Part shown: positions 1 through 9,085 of the stretch, in pieces | How the letters are laid out: every line of letters starts with the position of its first letter | Numbering within the stretch: position 1 is the stretch's first letter | Assembly (NCBI GenBank): GCA_028711065.1 | Contig: JAQTSY010000001.1 | Location: forward strand, 86,610-150,609 | Direction: 5' to 3' | Length of the DNA: 64,000 nucleotides | Source: Minisyncoccota bacterium | Lineage (GTDB): Bacteria > Patescibacteriota > Minisyncoccia > Phycocordibacterales > JAQTLZ01 | Program-made: the position numbers and the translations under genes | Notes under the pieces: model-generated | The model's database searches: none | Told to the model about the DNA's origin: nothing | Seen by the model: the letters and a program-made list of their open reading frames with translations, nothing else

Positions 1-2
1 AC

Positions 3-812
3 AAAGTTGAGCACGATCCTGTAAATCTTCCAATCTGGGGAACCTATTACAATCTGGCGAAACCAAGTATCTATCCGATAAAAACATACATTGATTTTCG
101 AATGCACGAAAATCCGAAGGAGGAATACAAAATCGAGCCGATGACTCCGCTTCTTGAGTATTTGGGCTCAATGAAAAAAGGAGAAACGGTTTGGATTCAA
201 GTACTTTTCCAATGCCATAGGAAACAGGGACTCAAAGAAGGTTTTCTCTACAAACAGCCATTTTGGTCTGATGCCGGAAAAGCAGAAGTAAATAAGATCA
301 TGAAGCGCGATCCAGAAACTAAGGGGCCAGACGTAGTTTCGGAGACAGGATTTCCAATTCACCCTGTGATGAGCGAAGGAGACAAGAATGCAATTACCGC
401 GATCGAACGCAATATCGCGAAATATCCTTTCGAAACAACCATCCGTGCCTTTTACATCGCAAAAGCGGAGGCTTACAATCCAATATCGAACACGGGTATC
501 ATCGGGATCTTCAACCAATTCAATTCGAAAGAATTAAATGAAATTAAGCTCGCGTGGTTTACCGATTTCGATTACCCATGGCAGGACTGGAGGCGGATCC
601 GAAGAAACAGAATGGAAAAGCAGATGCTCGACGCGTACAAGAAGCGTTCGTTCTTCCAAGGTCCCTATCACCATTTCCGAGAAGCCGGTTTCATCATGAA
701 CGCAGAAAGCCTCGCCTCTATTTACCACTTCCCAGGAGAGGCGGCGACAACGCCATCATTCACCAGAATTCCTTCAAAGAAAGTGGAACCTCCTTCGAAT
801 TTGCCAACTTGA
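3..812 (+). CDS. Conserved CPR-type hypothetical protein, 5'-partial
   Basis: Frame is open from base 3 (KVEHDPVNLP...YPIKTY...) to TGA at 812. The C-terminal 'LASIYHFP...PPSNLP' resembles a common Parcubacteria hypothetical family. Confidence 0.75.
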   Translation, partial: KVEHDPVNLPIWGTYYNLAKPSIYPIKTYIDFRMHENPKEEYKIEPMTPLLEYLGSMKKGETVWIQVLFQCHRKQGLKEGFLYKQPFWSDAGKAEVNKIMKRDPETKGPDVVSETGFPIHPVMSEGDKNAITAIERNIAKYPFETTIRAFYIAKAEAYNPISNTGIIGIFNQFNSKELNEIKLAWFTDFDYPWQDWRRIRRNRMEKQMLDAYKKRSFFQGPYHHFREAGFIMNAESLASIYHFPGEAATTPSFTRIPSKKVEPPSNLPT

Positions 813-836
813 TTCTAAAGGCGTATTCGAAATTTT

Positions 837-1796
837 ATGCGTTTTCCTAAATATCTTTTGAAAAGAAAAACCATCCTCATCATTGTGGGGTGCACATTGC
901 TGGTCGCTTTTTATTTTTTCACTCTGCCCCCCTCAAGTTTTCCCTCAAACAAAATAGTGATGATCGAATCTGGCAGTTCTTTAAAGGAAGTTGGTTCGTT
1001 TTTGAAAGAGAGGGGAATTATTCGCTCATCTTTTCTTTTTGATAACTTTATGATCTTTCTCAATCACGAGAAAGGAGTTATTTCCGGGGAATATGTCTTC
1101 ACCAAGCCGATTTCTGTTTTCCAAATCGCCAAAAGAGTGAGCGCTGGAGACTTCGGATTTCCCTTGAAGCGGGTTACCCTTCCCGAAGGAACAAATTTGA
1201 AACAGATTGCTTCGCTTATGCCAGCAGATCTTTTCCATTTCAATAAAGATGAGTTCTTGAAACTTACAAAAGACAAAGAGGGATATCTCTTTCCAGATAC
1301 TTACTTTTTTCCGACAAATATAACTACAGCAAATGTTATTAAAACTCTTTCTGATAATTTCGAAAAGAAAACCTCCTCTCTCAAAGCTGACGTTCTTATT
1401 TCAGGAAGATCACTAAAAGACGCGATTACTATGGCTTCGATTGTTGAGGAAGAAGCGCTCACGCCGACAGATAGAAGAATCGTCGCCGGAATTCTCTGGA
1501 AGAGAATCAAAGTGGGTATGCGTCTTCAAGTTGACCCTCCGCTTTCCTACGTAACAGGAAAGACGACATATCAACTTACCACCGCAGATTTAAGATCGAA
1601 ATCGCCATACAACACTTACACTCACGACGGCCTTCCTCCGGGCCCAATCTCAAATCCAGGATTTGATGCGATAGAAGCAACCATTCACCCAACTGAAACA
1701 AAATATTTCTTTTATCTTTCAGGAAGAGACGGGGTAATGCATTATGCCGCAACATACGCAGAACATTTAGCAAACAAGAAAAAATATTTGAATTAA
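837..1796 (+). CDS. mltG: Endolytic transglycosylase MltG (YceG family)
   Basis: N-terminal TM anchor; motifs EGYLFPDTY, ASIVEEE, LQVDP, SPYNTY and GLPPGPISNPG. Confidence 0.95.
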   Translation: MRFPKYLLKRKTILIIVGCTLLVAFYFFTLPPSSFPSNKIVMIESGSSLKEVGSFLKERGIIRSSFLFDNFMIFLNHEKGVISGEYVFTKPISVFQIAKRVSAGDFGFPLKRVTLPEGTNLKQIASLMPADLFHFNKDEFLKLTKDKEGYLFPDTYFFPTNITTANVIKTLSDNFEKKTSSLKADVLISGRSLKDAITMASIVEEEALTPTDRRIVAGILWKRIKVGMRLQVDPPLSYVTGKTTYQLTTADLRSKSPYNTYTHDGLPPGPISNPGFDAIEATIHPTETKYFFYLSGRDGVMHYAATYAEHLANKKKYLN

Positions 1797-1825
1797 AAAA
1801 AACGGCTCCGCTCGGAACCGTCTTC
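1795..1825 (-). terminator. Intrinsic terminator between convergent mltG and the HisI-like gene
   Basis: Hairpin ACGGCTCCG-CT-CGGAACCGT preceded on the + strand by an A-run, which is a U-tract on the - strand. Confidence 0.6.
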
Positions 1826-1852
1826 AGCTAAAATAAATACCACCGGAAGAAC

Positions 1853-2581
1853 TCACGACGCGATCCTCCCTGACACTTTCGCGACTCCTTTTTGGGGAAC
1901 GCGAAGCCCTGAAAGTTTCTCCTCCGGGACCTCGATGAGGAGCCGCGTGCCTGTGAGAATGCTCCGGGAATAACAACCAAGAGCATTGACGTGGCAAATT
2001 GGCACTTCAGAATGGGTTACGTAGATCAGAACCGATCCAGTCGCGTTCGTGTAAATGTTCTGGATCGGGATGTAGTTCCCGCTTTCTTCTGCACCTTTGT
2101 GCCAAATCTTGCTGCGCGTCACCGACCAGAGCACCAGTTGCCGGCATTCGAGCATGAGGTCAAACGCCCGCTTATTGGTCGAGCCGACCATAAGCGCTTT
2201 CCCTTGCGGAAACCCGCGCATCACGATGACAGGCCTGATTTCCTTTCCGTCCGCGAACTTGGGCTCATTCTTCGCGGGGAAAAGCTCATCCCTCTCCACG
2301 CAACAAAGCGGCATTAATTCATCTGCTGACGGCTTCACTACCGACACCAAAAGCGAATTTCCTTCGCAGTTGATAGCGACGCCGCTGACCAAAAGCTTTC
2401 TCTCGCAGACCTTCAACGTTCCAGTACGAAGCATCCCGAAGAACCGGTTTCGGTTCAAGTACACGAGATCTATCACAATCCCGTTTCCCTCGATCTGTAC
2501 GATTGCGGGAATTGTCTCGAACGGACGATCTGGACGCTGTCTGAAATCCGGAATCAGGATCTCCTTTAGACCAGTGGGCAT
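1853..2581 (-). CDS. Tandem-duplicated HisI (phosphoribosyl-AMP cyclohydrolase)-like protein
   Basis: Repeat 1: IPAIVQ...VIDLVYLN...MLRTG...INCEGNSLLV. Repeat 2: RPVIV...KALMVGSTN...LWSVTRSKIWHKG..ESGN...ICHVNALGCY. SD AAGGAG lies upstream. Confidence 0.7.
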   Translation of the reverse strand: MPTGLKEILIPDFRQRPDRPFETIPAIVQIEGNGIVIDLVYLNRNRFFGMLRTGTLKVCERKLLVSGVAINCEGNSLLVSVVKPSADELMPLCCVERDELFPAKNEPKFADGKEIRPVIVMRGFPQGKALMVGSTNKRAFDLMLECRQLVLWSVTRSKIWHKGAEESGNYIPIQNIYTNATGSVLIYVTHSEVPICHVNALGCYSRSILTGTRLLIEVPEEKLSGLRVPQKGVAKVSGRIAS

Positions 2582-2633
2582 CTTGCATTCTCCTTAAACA
2601 GAGGCTAAAAGAAACGATCAACTTCCGCCGAAA

Positions 2634-2661
2634 ATAGTATACATTTCTCAAAGCTTGTCAA
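2634..2661 (-). promoter_or_regulatory. sigma70-type promoter for the HisI-like gene
   Basis: TTGACA (2661-2656), 16 nt spacer, TACTAT (2639-2634) on the - strand. Confidence 0.55.
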
Positions 2662-2682
2662 TTGTGGCATACTGTGTTCGAA

Positions 2683-3768
2683 ATGGCCGAAAATAAGAGG
2701 AAAAAAAAGGTATATGTTGGACTTTCGGGGGGAGTAGACTCCTCTGTTTCTGCCGCACTCCTTAAAAAGGCTGGGTACGACGTAACCGGGGTTTTTATCA
2801 AAGTCTGGCAGGCAGATTTTCTGCCATGCAACTGGAAAGAAGAACGGCTTGATGCAATGCGAATTTGTGCTCGCCTTGGTATTCCATTTCTCACCTTCGA
2901 CCTTCAAAAAGAATACAAAAGGGAGGTTGTGGATTATATGATCCGCGAATACAAGGCCGGACGGACTCCGAATCCCGATGTGATGTGCAACCGCCATGTG
3001 AAATTCCGCGCGTTTTTTGATAAGGCCCGTAAAATGGGAGCTGATTATGTTGCCACTGGGCATTATGCTCAAGTTGCGAAGACAAAAAGCGGAAAATTTG
3101 AAATGAAAGCTGGAACTGACGCGAACAAAGACCAGAGTTATTTTTTGTGGACTTTAACACAAAAAGAACTTTCAAAAACATTTTTTCCTGTTGGAAATAT
3201 CGAGAAACCAGAAGTGCGAAAGCTTGCAGAAAAGTTCAACCTTCATACAGCAACAAAAAAAGACAGCCAGGGGCTTTGTTTTATCGGCAAAGTAGACCTG
3301 AAAGTTTTCCTTAGCCATTTTGTGAAAGAAAAACCTGGAAAAGTCCTCGATGAATCCGGAAAGACGATAGGGAAGCACGAAGGTGCATTTTTCTACACCT
3401 TGGGACAGAGACACGGGTTCACCATAACCAAAAAAACTCCTCACGACACTCCATATTACATTGTGAAAAAAGATATCAAGAAAAATATCCTCATTGTTTC
3501 AGAGAAAAAACCAGAAAATAATTTCCTCAAAGACACTCGCATTGTAAAAATAGAGGATACCAATTGGATTTCAGAAATTCCTCAAAAAGGAAAGCTGTTC
3601 TGCGCCCGGGTGAGATACCGCCAACCTCTCGAAAAATGCACAATCCAAATAAAAAGTAAAAAAACAGCCATAGTAACCTTTGAAAAGCCGATTCAGGCAG
3701 TCACTTCGGGGCAATCTCTAGTCGTATACGACAAAGATGTTTGCTTGGGCGGTGGAGTCATCTCCTAG
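2683..3768 (+). CDS. mnmA: tRNA 2-thiouridylase MnmA
   Basis: SGGVDSS PP-loop, TPNPDVMCN, ATGHYA, KDQSYFL, DSQGLCF. Start moved to ATG 2683. Confidence 0.97.
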   Translation: MAENKRKKKVYVGLSGGVDSSVSAALLKKAGYDVTGVFIKVWQADFLPCNWKEERLDAMRICARLGIPFLTFDLQKEYKREVVDYMIREYKAGRTPNPDVMCNRHVKFRAFFDKARKMGADYVATGHYAQVAKTKSGKFEMKAGTDANKDQSYFLWTLTQKELSKTFFPVGNIEKPEVRKLAEKFNLHTATKKDSQGLCFIGKVDLKVFLSHFVKEKPGKVLDESGKTIGKHEGAFFYTLGQRHGFTITKKTPHDTPYYIVKKDIKKNILIVSEKKPENNFLKDTRIVKIEDTNWISEIPQKGKLFCARVRYRQPLEKCTIQIKSKKTAIVTFEKPIQAVTSGQSLVVYDKDVCLGGGVIS

Positions 3769-3827
3769 CGGGAAAGTTTCGGGTGCGATAAAATAAAGCC
3801 ACATTAATTAATCCAATTTAAAATTAC

Positions 3828-4310
3828 ATGGATACATTTTTCTCGAATCCGAATACTATTATGTTCTTCCAGCTTCTCCTCGCGCTGGTACTCGGTGGAA
3901 TTTTAGGAATTCAAAGAAGCCTTTCGCATAAAGGTGCGGGAATGCGAACCTTTTCTCTTGTGGCAATGGGTTCTTGTCTTTTTGTCATGATTTCAGAGAT
4001 CATACATGCTCGGGCGCTTGGGGTAGGCGATGTTATCCCCACACAGATTCCCGGAGCGATCATAACCGGCATCGGATTTCTCGGCGCAGGCCTCATCATT
4101 TTCAAAGATGATAAATTGAAAGGACTTACCACAGCGGCAGGACTTTGGGTCGCCTGCGGAATCGGCATCGCTACTGGATTTCAACTCTACGTACTTTCTA
4201 TTTTCGCAACAGTCCTCACCCTCGTCGTCTTTACTGTCCTTTGGAAAGTAGAGACAGCGATCAAAGAAACTGGTTCTGAATATTCTGAAGAGAGCGGGGA
4301 AATAAAGTAG
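3828..4310 (+). CDS. MgtC/SapB family membrane protein
   Basis: GAGMRTFSLV, IITGIGFLGAG, GLTTAAGLW. Confidence 0.93.
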   Translation: MDTFFSNPNTIMFFQLLLALVLGGILGIQRSLSHKGAGMRTFSLVAMGSCLFVMISEIIHARALGVGDVIPTQIPGAIITGIGFLGAGLIIFKDDKLKGLTTAAGLWVACGIGIATGFQLYVLSIFATVLTLVVFTVLWKVETAIKETGSEYSEESGEIK

Positions 4311-4318
4311 CATCAAAA

Positions 4319-4570
4319 ATGAAGATGTTTAAGGAAAAAGTATTTGCGGTAGTGGCGAAGATTCCAAAAGGAAAAGTTCTGACGTACAAAGAAGTGGCGG
4401 TACGCGCGAAAAGCCCTCGGGCTTTTCGCGCTGTTGGTTCAATCCTAAAGACTAACTACAACCCGGCAATTCCATGCCACCGAGTGATCCGCTCCGATGG
4501 CAAAATGGGACACTATAACCGCGGGGATATGCGAAAAGTCGCACTTCTCAAAAAAGAAAAAGCAATTTAA
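4319..4570 (+). CDS. MGMT-family (O6-alkylguanine-DNA alkyltransferase) small protein
   Basis: IPKGKVLTYKEVA, RAVGS and the active-site PCHRV. Confidence 0.92.
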   Translation: MKMFKEKVFAVVAKIPKGKVLTYKEVAVRAKSPRAFRAVGSILKTNYNPAIPCHRVIRSDGKMGHYNRGDMRKVALLKKEKAI

Positions 4571-4577
4571 AACAATC

Positions 4578-4853
4578 ATGATAGAAATAGTCGGCATAGC
4601 TGTCAGTATCACGGGTATAGGAATGTCGCTTGCGTATTATCCGCAAGTTTGGAAAATATATAAAAATAAATCCGCCGATGACATCTCGGTGCCCTCATAC
4701 CTTATGTTCTTTTTCGGCACTTCTATTTGGACGCTCTACGGATTTCTCATACGGGATACAAAAATAATTGCGGGATTTGCGCTCGGTGTTATCGGTTCAT
4801 TTCTCATTCTTGTCCTTACTTTTTACTACCGCCGCAAACCGGACATTTCCTAA
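4578..4853 (+). CDS. SemiSWEET / PQ-loop transporter
   Basis: About 91 aa with three TM helices; PQ motif (YYPQVWKIYKNKSADDIS) and W-x-x-YG. Confidence 0.85.
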   Translation: MIEIVGIAVSITGIGMSLAYYPQVWKIYKNKSADDISVPSYLMFFFGTSIWTLYGFLIRDTKIIAGFALGVIGSFLILVLTFYYRRKPDIS

Positions 4854-4855
4854 AC

Positions 4856-5449
4856 ATGAGCGACCACACCGCACAGCTCAAAATAATAAAAGACGAGCTT
4901 CTGGCAATGGAAAGTCCGCTTGCCGACGAGCGCCGAAGAAATAAAGTTTTCCCCGTCATCGGAGAAGGGGACCATTACGCAAAAATAATGTTCATCGGTG
5001 AAGCGCCTGGAAAAAATGAGGCAAAAACTGGCAAGCCTTTTTGCGGAGCCTCCGGAAGAATTCTTGACGAACTTTTGGCAAGCGTCGGAATTGACAGAAA
5101 AGGCGTCTATGTAACAAACATCGTCAAGGATAGGCCTACCGACAATCGTGACCCGCTACCATCAGAAATAGACGCTTACGGGCCCTTCCTAGACCGCCAA
5201 ATCATAATTATAGAGCCTAAAATCATAGCTACCCTAGGCAGATTCTCGATGGACTACATTATGAAAAAATTCGGTCTTGGTGCACAACTTCAATCAATAA
5301 GCCAAATGCATGGAAAGACATTTGAAGTAGAAGTTTCCTACGGCACCCTCACGGTCATCCCGCTCTATCACCCCGCCGCCGCAATCTACAATCAGCATCT
5401 CAAAGATACGCTCAAAAAAGATTTTGAGGCTTTAAAAAAATATAAATAG
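4856..5449 (+). CDS. Uracil-DNA glycosylase, family 4-like
   Basis: GEAPG, GKPF.G.SG, TN.VK.RP..NR.P, LGRF, HPAA. Start at ATG 4856. Confidence 0.9.
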   Translation: MSDHTAQLKIIKDELLAMESPLADERRRNKVFPVIGEGDHYAKIMFIGEAPGKNEAKTGKPFCGASGRILDELLASVGIDRKGVYVTNIVKDRPTDNRDPLPSEIDAYGPFLDRQIIIIEPKIIATLGRFSMDYIMKKFGLGAQLQSISQMHGKTFEVEVSYGTLTVIPLYHPAAAIYNQHLKDTLKKDFEALKKYK

Positions 5450-5452
5450 AAA

Positions 5453-5496
5453 GAGCCCCACGAAATGGAACCGTGAGGTTCTTTCGTGGGGCTTTG
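5453..5496. terminator. Bidirectional terminator hairpin
   Basis: AGCCCCACGAAA ... TTTCGTGGGGCT between convergent genes. Confidence 0.65.
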
Positions 5497-5513
5497 AATG
5501 CTACTTTTTCGGC

Positions 5514-5735
5514 CTAGTTCGGCTGAATGGACTGAAACGTCAGACACGCGGTGTTAACAATGAAGTACCCATTATCAACCTCGGGACTGACCACTTTAGC
5601 GAGGGTCCCTTCAACTGAGTCCAGGATGCCAACGACCATTGTGGGTTGAAAGCCCGCTTTTTGACCCCTATCTGCTCCTGCCCACTGAAGGAACAGGACG
5701 CGAACAGGTTTTCCGACAAGACTTTGAAGAATCAT
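5514..5735 (-). CDS. Small hypothetical protein, possibly Sm/LSm-like fold
   Basis: SD AGGAGG before ATG 5735; promoter TTGACC-N17-TATAAT (5809-5781); LQSLVGKPVRV...VGILDSVE resembles the Sm1 pattern. Confidence 0.6.
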   Translation of the reverse strand: MILQSLVGKPVRVLFLQWAGADRGQKAGFQPTMVVGILDSVEGTLAKVVSPEVDNGYFIVNTACLTFQSIQPN

Positions 5736-5858
5736 GAATCTTCCTCCTGTGATGTTTAAGCTCATTCCAAACCTCTTTGTATTATACACCTTTTTTAGTA
5801 AATGGTCAATAGTCTACAAAACGGCTCAAAATAGGAGCTTTATGCTATAGTATTTTCC

Positions 5859-7631
5859 ATGCAATCCGAAGAAATTCGAAGCCGATTTCTAGAGTTTTTT
5901 AAGAAACGCGGGCATACAATTATTCCGTCGGCATCTCTCGTACCGGAGAATGACTCGTCCGTCCTTTTTACCACTGCCGGAATGCATCCGCTTGTGCCAT
6001 ATATTCTCGGAGAGAAACATCCTGGAGGAAAGCGTGTCGCTAATGTTCAGAAATGCGTTCGCACCCAAGATATAGACGAAGTCGGAGATAACACTCACGA
6101 CACTTTTTTTGAAATGCTCGGCAATTGGTCCTTTGGCGATTATTTCAAAAAAGAAGCGATTGGCTTTAGCTACGAATTTCTGACCAGCAAATCTGAAGGG
6201 CTCGGTCTCGATCCAAAGCGGATCTATGTAACTTGTTTCGAAGGCGACGAGAATGCGCCAAAAGATACCGAATCGGCAGAAATCTGGGAATCAATAGGAA
6301 TTCCAAAAGACCGTATCTATTTCCTTCCCGCAAAAAATAATTGGTGGCAAGCAGGGGAGAACGGCCCATGCGGCCCCGACACGGAAGTTTTCTACGACCT
6401 CACCAAAAAAGGTCTGGGTAAAATGACAAAAGAAGAGTACCTCGAAGCTGATAGCAAACAGGAGGTTGTAGAAATCGGCAACGATGTCTTCATGGGTTAT
6501 GAAAAAAAGAACGGGGTTGTGGTTGGAAAACTCAAACAGCAAAATGTGGATTTCGGCGGAGGCTTTGAACGACTCTGTATGGTTTCGCAAGGAGTCACAA
6601 ATGTTTTTGCTACTGACCTTTTTCAGCCGATAATGGCAAAAATAAATGAATTCACAACTTTGGCTGACGAAAAAGCGAAGAGAATTGTCGCGGATCATAT
6701 TCGCACTGCTGTTTTCATGATAGGCGACGGAGTCATTCCATCAAATACAGATGCTGGATACGTTTTACGCCGGCTTCTTCGGCGAGCAGTTCGCTTTGCA
6801 GACAAATTAGAGATGAAGCACGATTCGCTTTCTTGGATTACAGAAACGGTTATCGAAAAATACGGCCACATTTACAAAAATCTTGCGGAGAAAAAAGATG
6901 AAATTAAAAAAGAGATCGATGCGGAAGAGCAGAAATTCAGAAAAACCCTCGCAAGCGGACTGAAATTGTTTGAAAAGATCTCTGAAAAGAATATTTCTGG
7001 AGAAGAAGCCTTCGACCTTTTCTCGAGCCATGGTTTTCCGCTTGAAGTAACTCTGGAGCTTGCAAAAGAAAAGGGTAAGACAGTGGACGTTGCCGGTTTC
7101 AACAAAAGATTCAAGGAACACCAAGAGCTTTCCCGAAAAGGTGCGGAACAGAAATTTAAAGGGGGATTGGCAGGACATTCTGATAAAGAGCTCCAATATC
7201 ATACGGCTACACACCTCTTGAATGCGGCTCTTCATGCAATCCTCGGAGAACACGTGATGCAGAAGGGAAGTAATATCACTCCTGACAGGCTTCGCTTTGA
7301 TTTTGTTCATACGACAAAGATGACTCCGGAAGAGATCAAAAAAGTGGAAGATTTTGTAAATGAAAAAATTACCGAGAAATTACTAGTTTCATTTGAAGAA
7401 ATGCCAATAGAGAAGGCTCGCGAGCTCAAAGCCATCGGAGTCTTTGGCGACAAATACGGCGAATTGGTAAAAGTCTATTCCATCGGCAGTGAAAAAACCG
7501 GCATTGTGAGCATGGAGCTCTGCGGTGGCCCACACGTCACCAACACATCCGAATTAAAGGGAACTTTCAAAATCCAAAAAGAAGAAGCCGTCTCCGCCGG
7601 TGTTCGCCGAATCAAAGCAGTACTCGAGTAA
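5859..7631 (+). CDS. alaS: Alanine--tRNA ligase, short form without the C-Ala domain
   Basis: LFTTAGM, FFEMLGNWSFGDYFK, GPCGP, DHIR, editing motifs HTATH and CGGPH; ends at GVRRIKAV. Confidence 0.97.
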   Translation: MQSEEIRSRFLEFFKKRGHTIIPSASLVPENDSSVLFTTAGMHPLVPYILGEKHPGGKRVANVQKCVRTQDIDEVGDNTHDTFFEMLGNWSFGDYFKKEAIGFSYEFLTSKSEGLGLDPKRIYVTCFEGDENAPKDTESAEIWESIGIPKDRIYFLPAKNNWWQAGENGPCGPDTEVFYDLTKKGLGKMTKEEYLEADSKQEVVEIGNDVFMGYEKKNGVVVGKLKQQNVDFGGGFERLCMVSQGVTNVFATDLFQPIMAKINEFTTLADEKAKRIVADHIRTAVFMIGDGVIPSNTDAGYVLRRLLRRAVRFADKLEMKHDSLSWITETVIEKYGHIYKNLAEKKDEIKKEIDAEEQKFRKTLASGLKLFEKISEKNISGEEAFDLFSSHGFPLEVTLELAKEKGKTVDVAGFNKRFKEHQELSRKGAEQKFKGGLAGHSDKELQYHTATHLLNAALHAILGEHVMQKGSNITPDRLRFDFVHTTKMTPEEIKKVEDFVNEKITEKLLVSFEEMPIEKARELKAIGVFGDKYGELVKVYSIGSEKTGIVSMELCGGPHVTNTSELKGTFKIQKEEAVSAGVRRIKAVLE

Positions 7632-7642
7632 AGGAAGGCGAG

Positions 7643-7791
7643 TAACAACTTTTATCAAACATCGCGGAAACTCGCGGGCATGGTCTGTCAACGACCCGCC
7701 CTTTGGGGACGGGCTCATTGACAGCCGCGAGTTGAGCGAGAGGAAAGTTTTCCCGCTGGGGAAAACTATTCTGTTTTGAGAAAAGTTGTTA
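7643..7791. mobile_element. MITE-like element with 17-bp terminal inverted repeats
   Basis: TAACAACTTTTATCAAA (7643-7659) vs TTTGAGAAAAGTTGTTA (7775-7791), 16/17 complementary; two internal hairpins. Confidence 0.5.
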
Positions 7792-7818
7792 GGAGCCCAT
7801 TTGTGTTATAATTTCAGG

Positions 7819-9027
7819 ATGTTCCTCTCGTCCCTGTTCAAAAAACCAGAGCAAGAAATTTCAGTTCTCTTTGATATAAGCTCTCGCTCGGTCGGCGGAG
7901 CGCTCCTTAAACTTTCTCGCCACGAAAAGCCAAAAATCCTCTACACCGCGAGATTACCGATTCTCTTTCGCAGAACTCCCGATCCGAGAGAACTCGTTAC
8001 TTCTACAATTGCCGCTCTTACAAAAGTGGTCGAGGCGATAGATACAGAGGGAATTGCCCACCTCACATTCACGGAATTCAAAGACCATAAGGTTAAGGAG
8101 ATATTTTTAGTTTTCTCCTCTCCTTGGTATATTTCTCAAACAAAAATCGCCCGCCTAGAAAAAGAGAAACCTTTTGTATTTACAGAAAGTATGCTGAAAG
8201 GGATGCTCGCTCATGAAAAAACGGCTTACGAAAAAGCGGCGGACATTGCACCAGAAAAAGCCGGAAAAAATGCAATTAATCTTCTTGAGCAGAAAGTCAT
8301 ACAAATCAGATTAAACGGTTACGAAACAGCAAAGCCGTTCGGACAAAGCTCCCGCTCGGCGGAAGTAAATATATTTTCAAGTTTCATTGACTCGCTTCTT
8401 CTTGATCGAGTCAAAGACGTTGCGCTCCATTCTTTTCATCCGCAACGTCTCGAGATACACTCTTTTCCAGGAGTGGCATTTTCAGTATTAAGAGACATTT
8501 TCCCTGGTCAAAATGATTTTCTAATCGTCGACGTCGGAGGAGAAGCGACCGAAATCTCTCTTGTGAAAAATGGCGGACTGCTTGAAACTTTTTCCTTCCC
8601 TATGGGACACAATCATGCATTGCGAAAAATATCCGGGGTTTTAGATGTATCACATGAAATCGCTCTCTCTTCGCTCTCTCTTTTCCTCGAGGGAAAAACA
8701 TTCGTGAAAACAAGCGGGAAAATTGAGGGCGTCGTCAAAGATACGCAAAAAGAATGGAATATATTGTTCCAATCTGCACTTGGCAATCTCGGCGAACAAA
8801 CGGCGATCCCGTCTTCTGCATTTGTGATAGCAGAAAGGCCGTTTTCAAACTTTTTTAAAGATGCTATGAAGACCGAAAAGACGGATGAAAAGAATTTTGA
8901 TGAAAAAAATGTCACCCAAATCGAACCTGGACTGCTCGCTCTTCACTACGAAAGAAATGGCATTGGAGAAGGAGATCTTTTTCTTTCCCTTGAAGCTATC
9001 TTTCTTAATAAAGTATTTTCAAAATAG
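7819..9027 (+). CDS. FtsA/PilM-like actin-fold (ASKHA) protein
   Basis: Phosphate-1-like LFDISSRSVGG and phosphate-2-like LIVDVGGEATEISLVK. Start 7819 lies 6 nt after TGtTATAAT. Confidence 0.65.
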   Translation: MFLSSLFKKPEQEISVLFDISSRSVGGALLKLSRHEKPKILYTARLPILFRRTPDPRELVTSTIAALTKVVEAIDTEGIAHLTFTEFKDHKVKEIFLVFSSPWYISQTKIARLEKEKPFVFTESMLKGMLAHEKTAYEKAADIAPEKAGKNAINLLEQKVIQIRLNGYETAKPFGQSSRSAEVNIFSSFIDSLLLDRVKDVALHSFHPQRLEIHSFPGVAFSVLRDIFPGQNDFLIVDVGGEATEISLVKNGGLLETFSFPMGHNHALRKISGVLDVSHEIALSSLSLFLEGKTFVKTSGKIEGVVKDTQKEWNILFQSALGNLGEQTAIPSSAFVIAERPFSNFFKDAMKTEKTDEKNFDEKNVTQIEPGLLALHYERNGIGEGDLFLSLEAIFLNKVFSK

Positions 9028-9085
9028 AAAATAGGGGAAATCGCCCTTGGAAAAGCATGCGTGTGGGCGTATAATCATAACCAGT

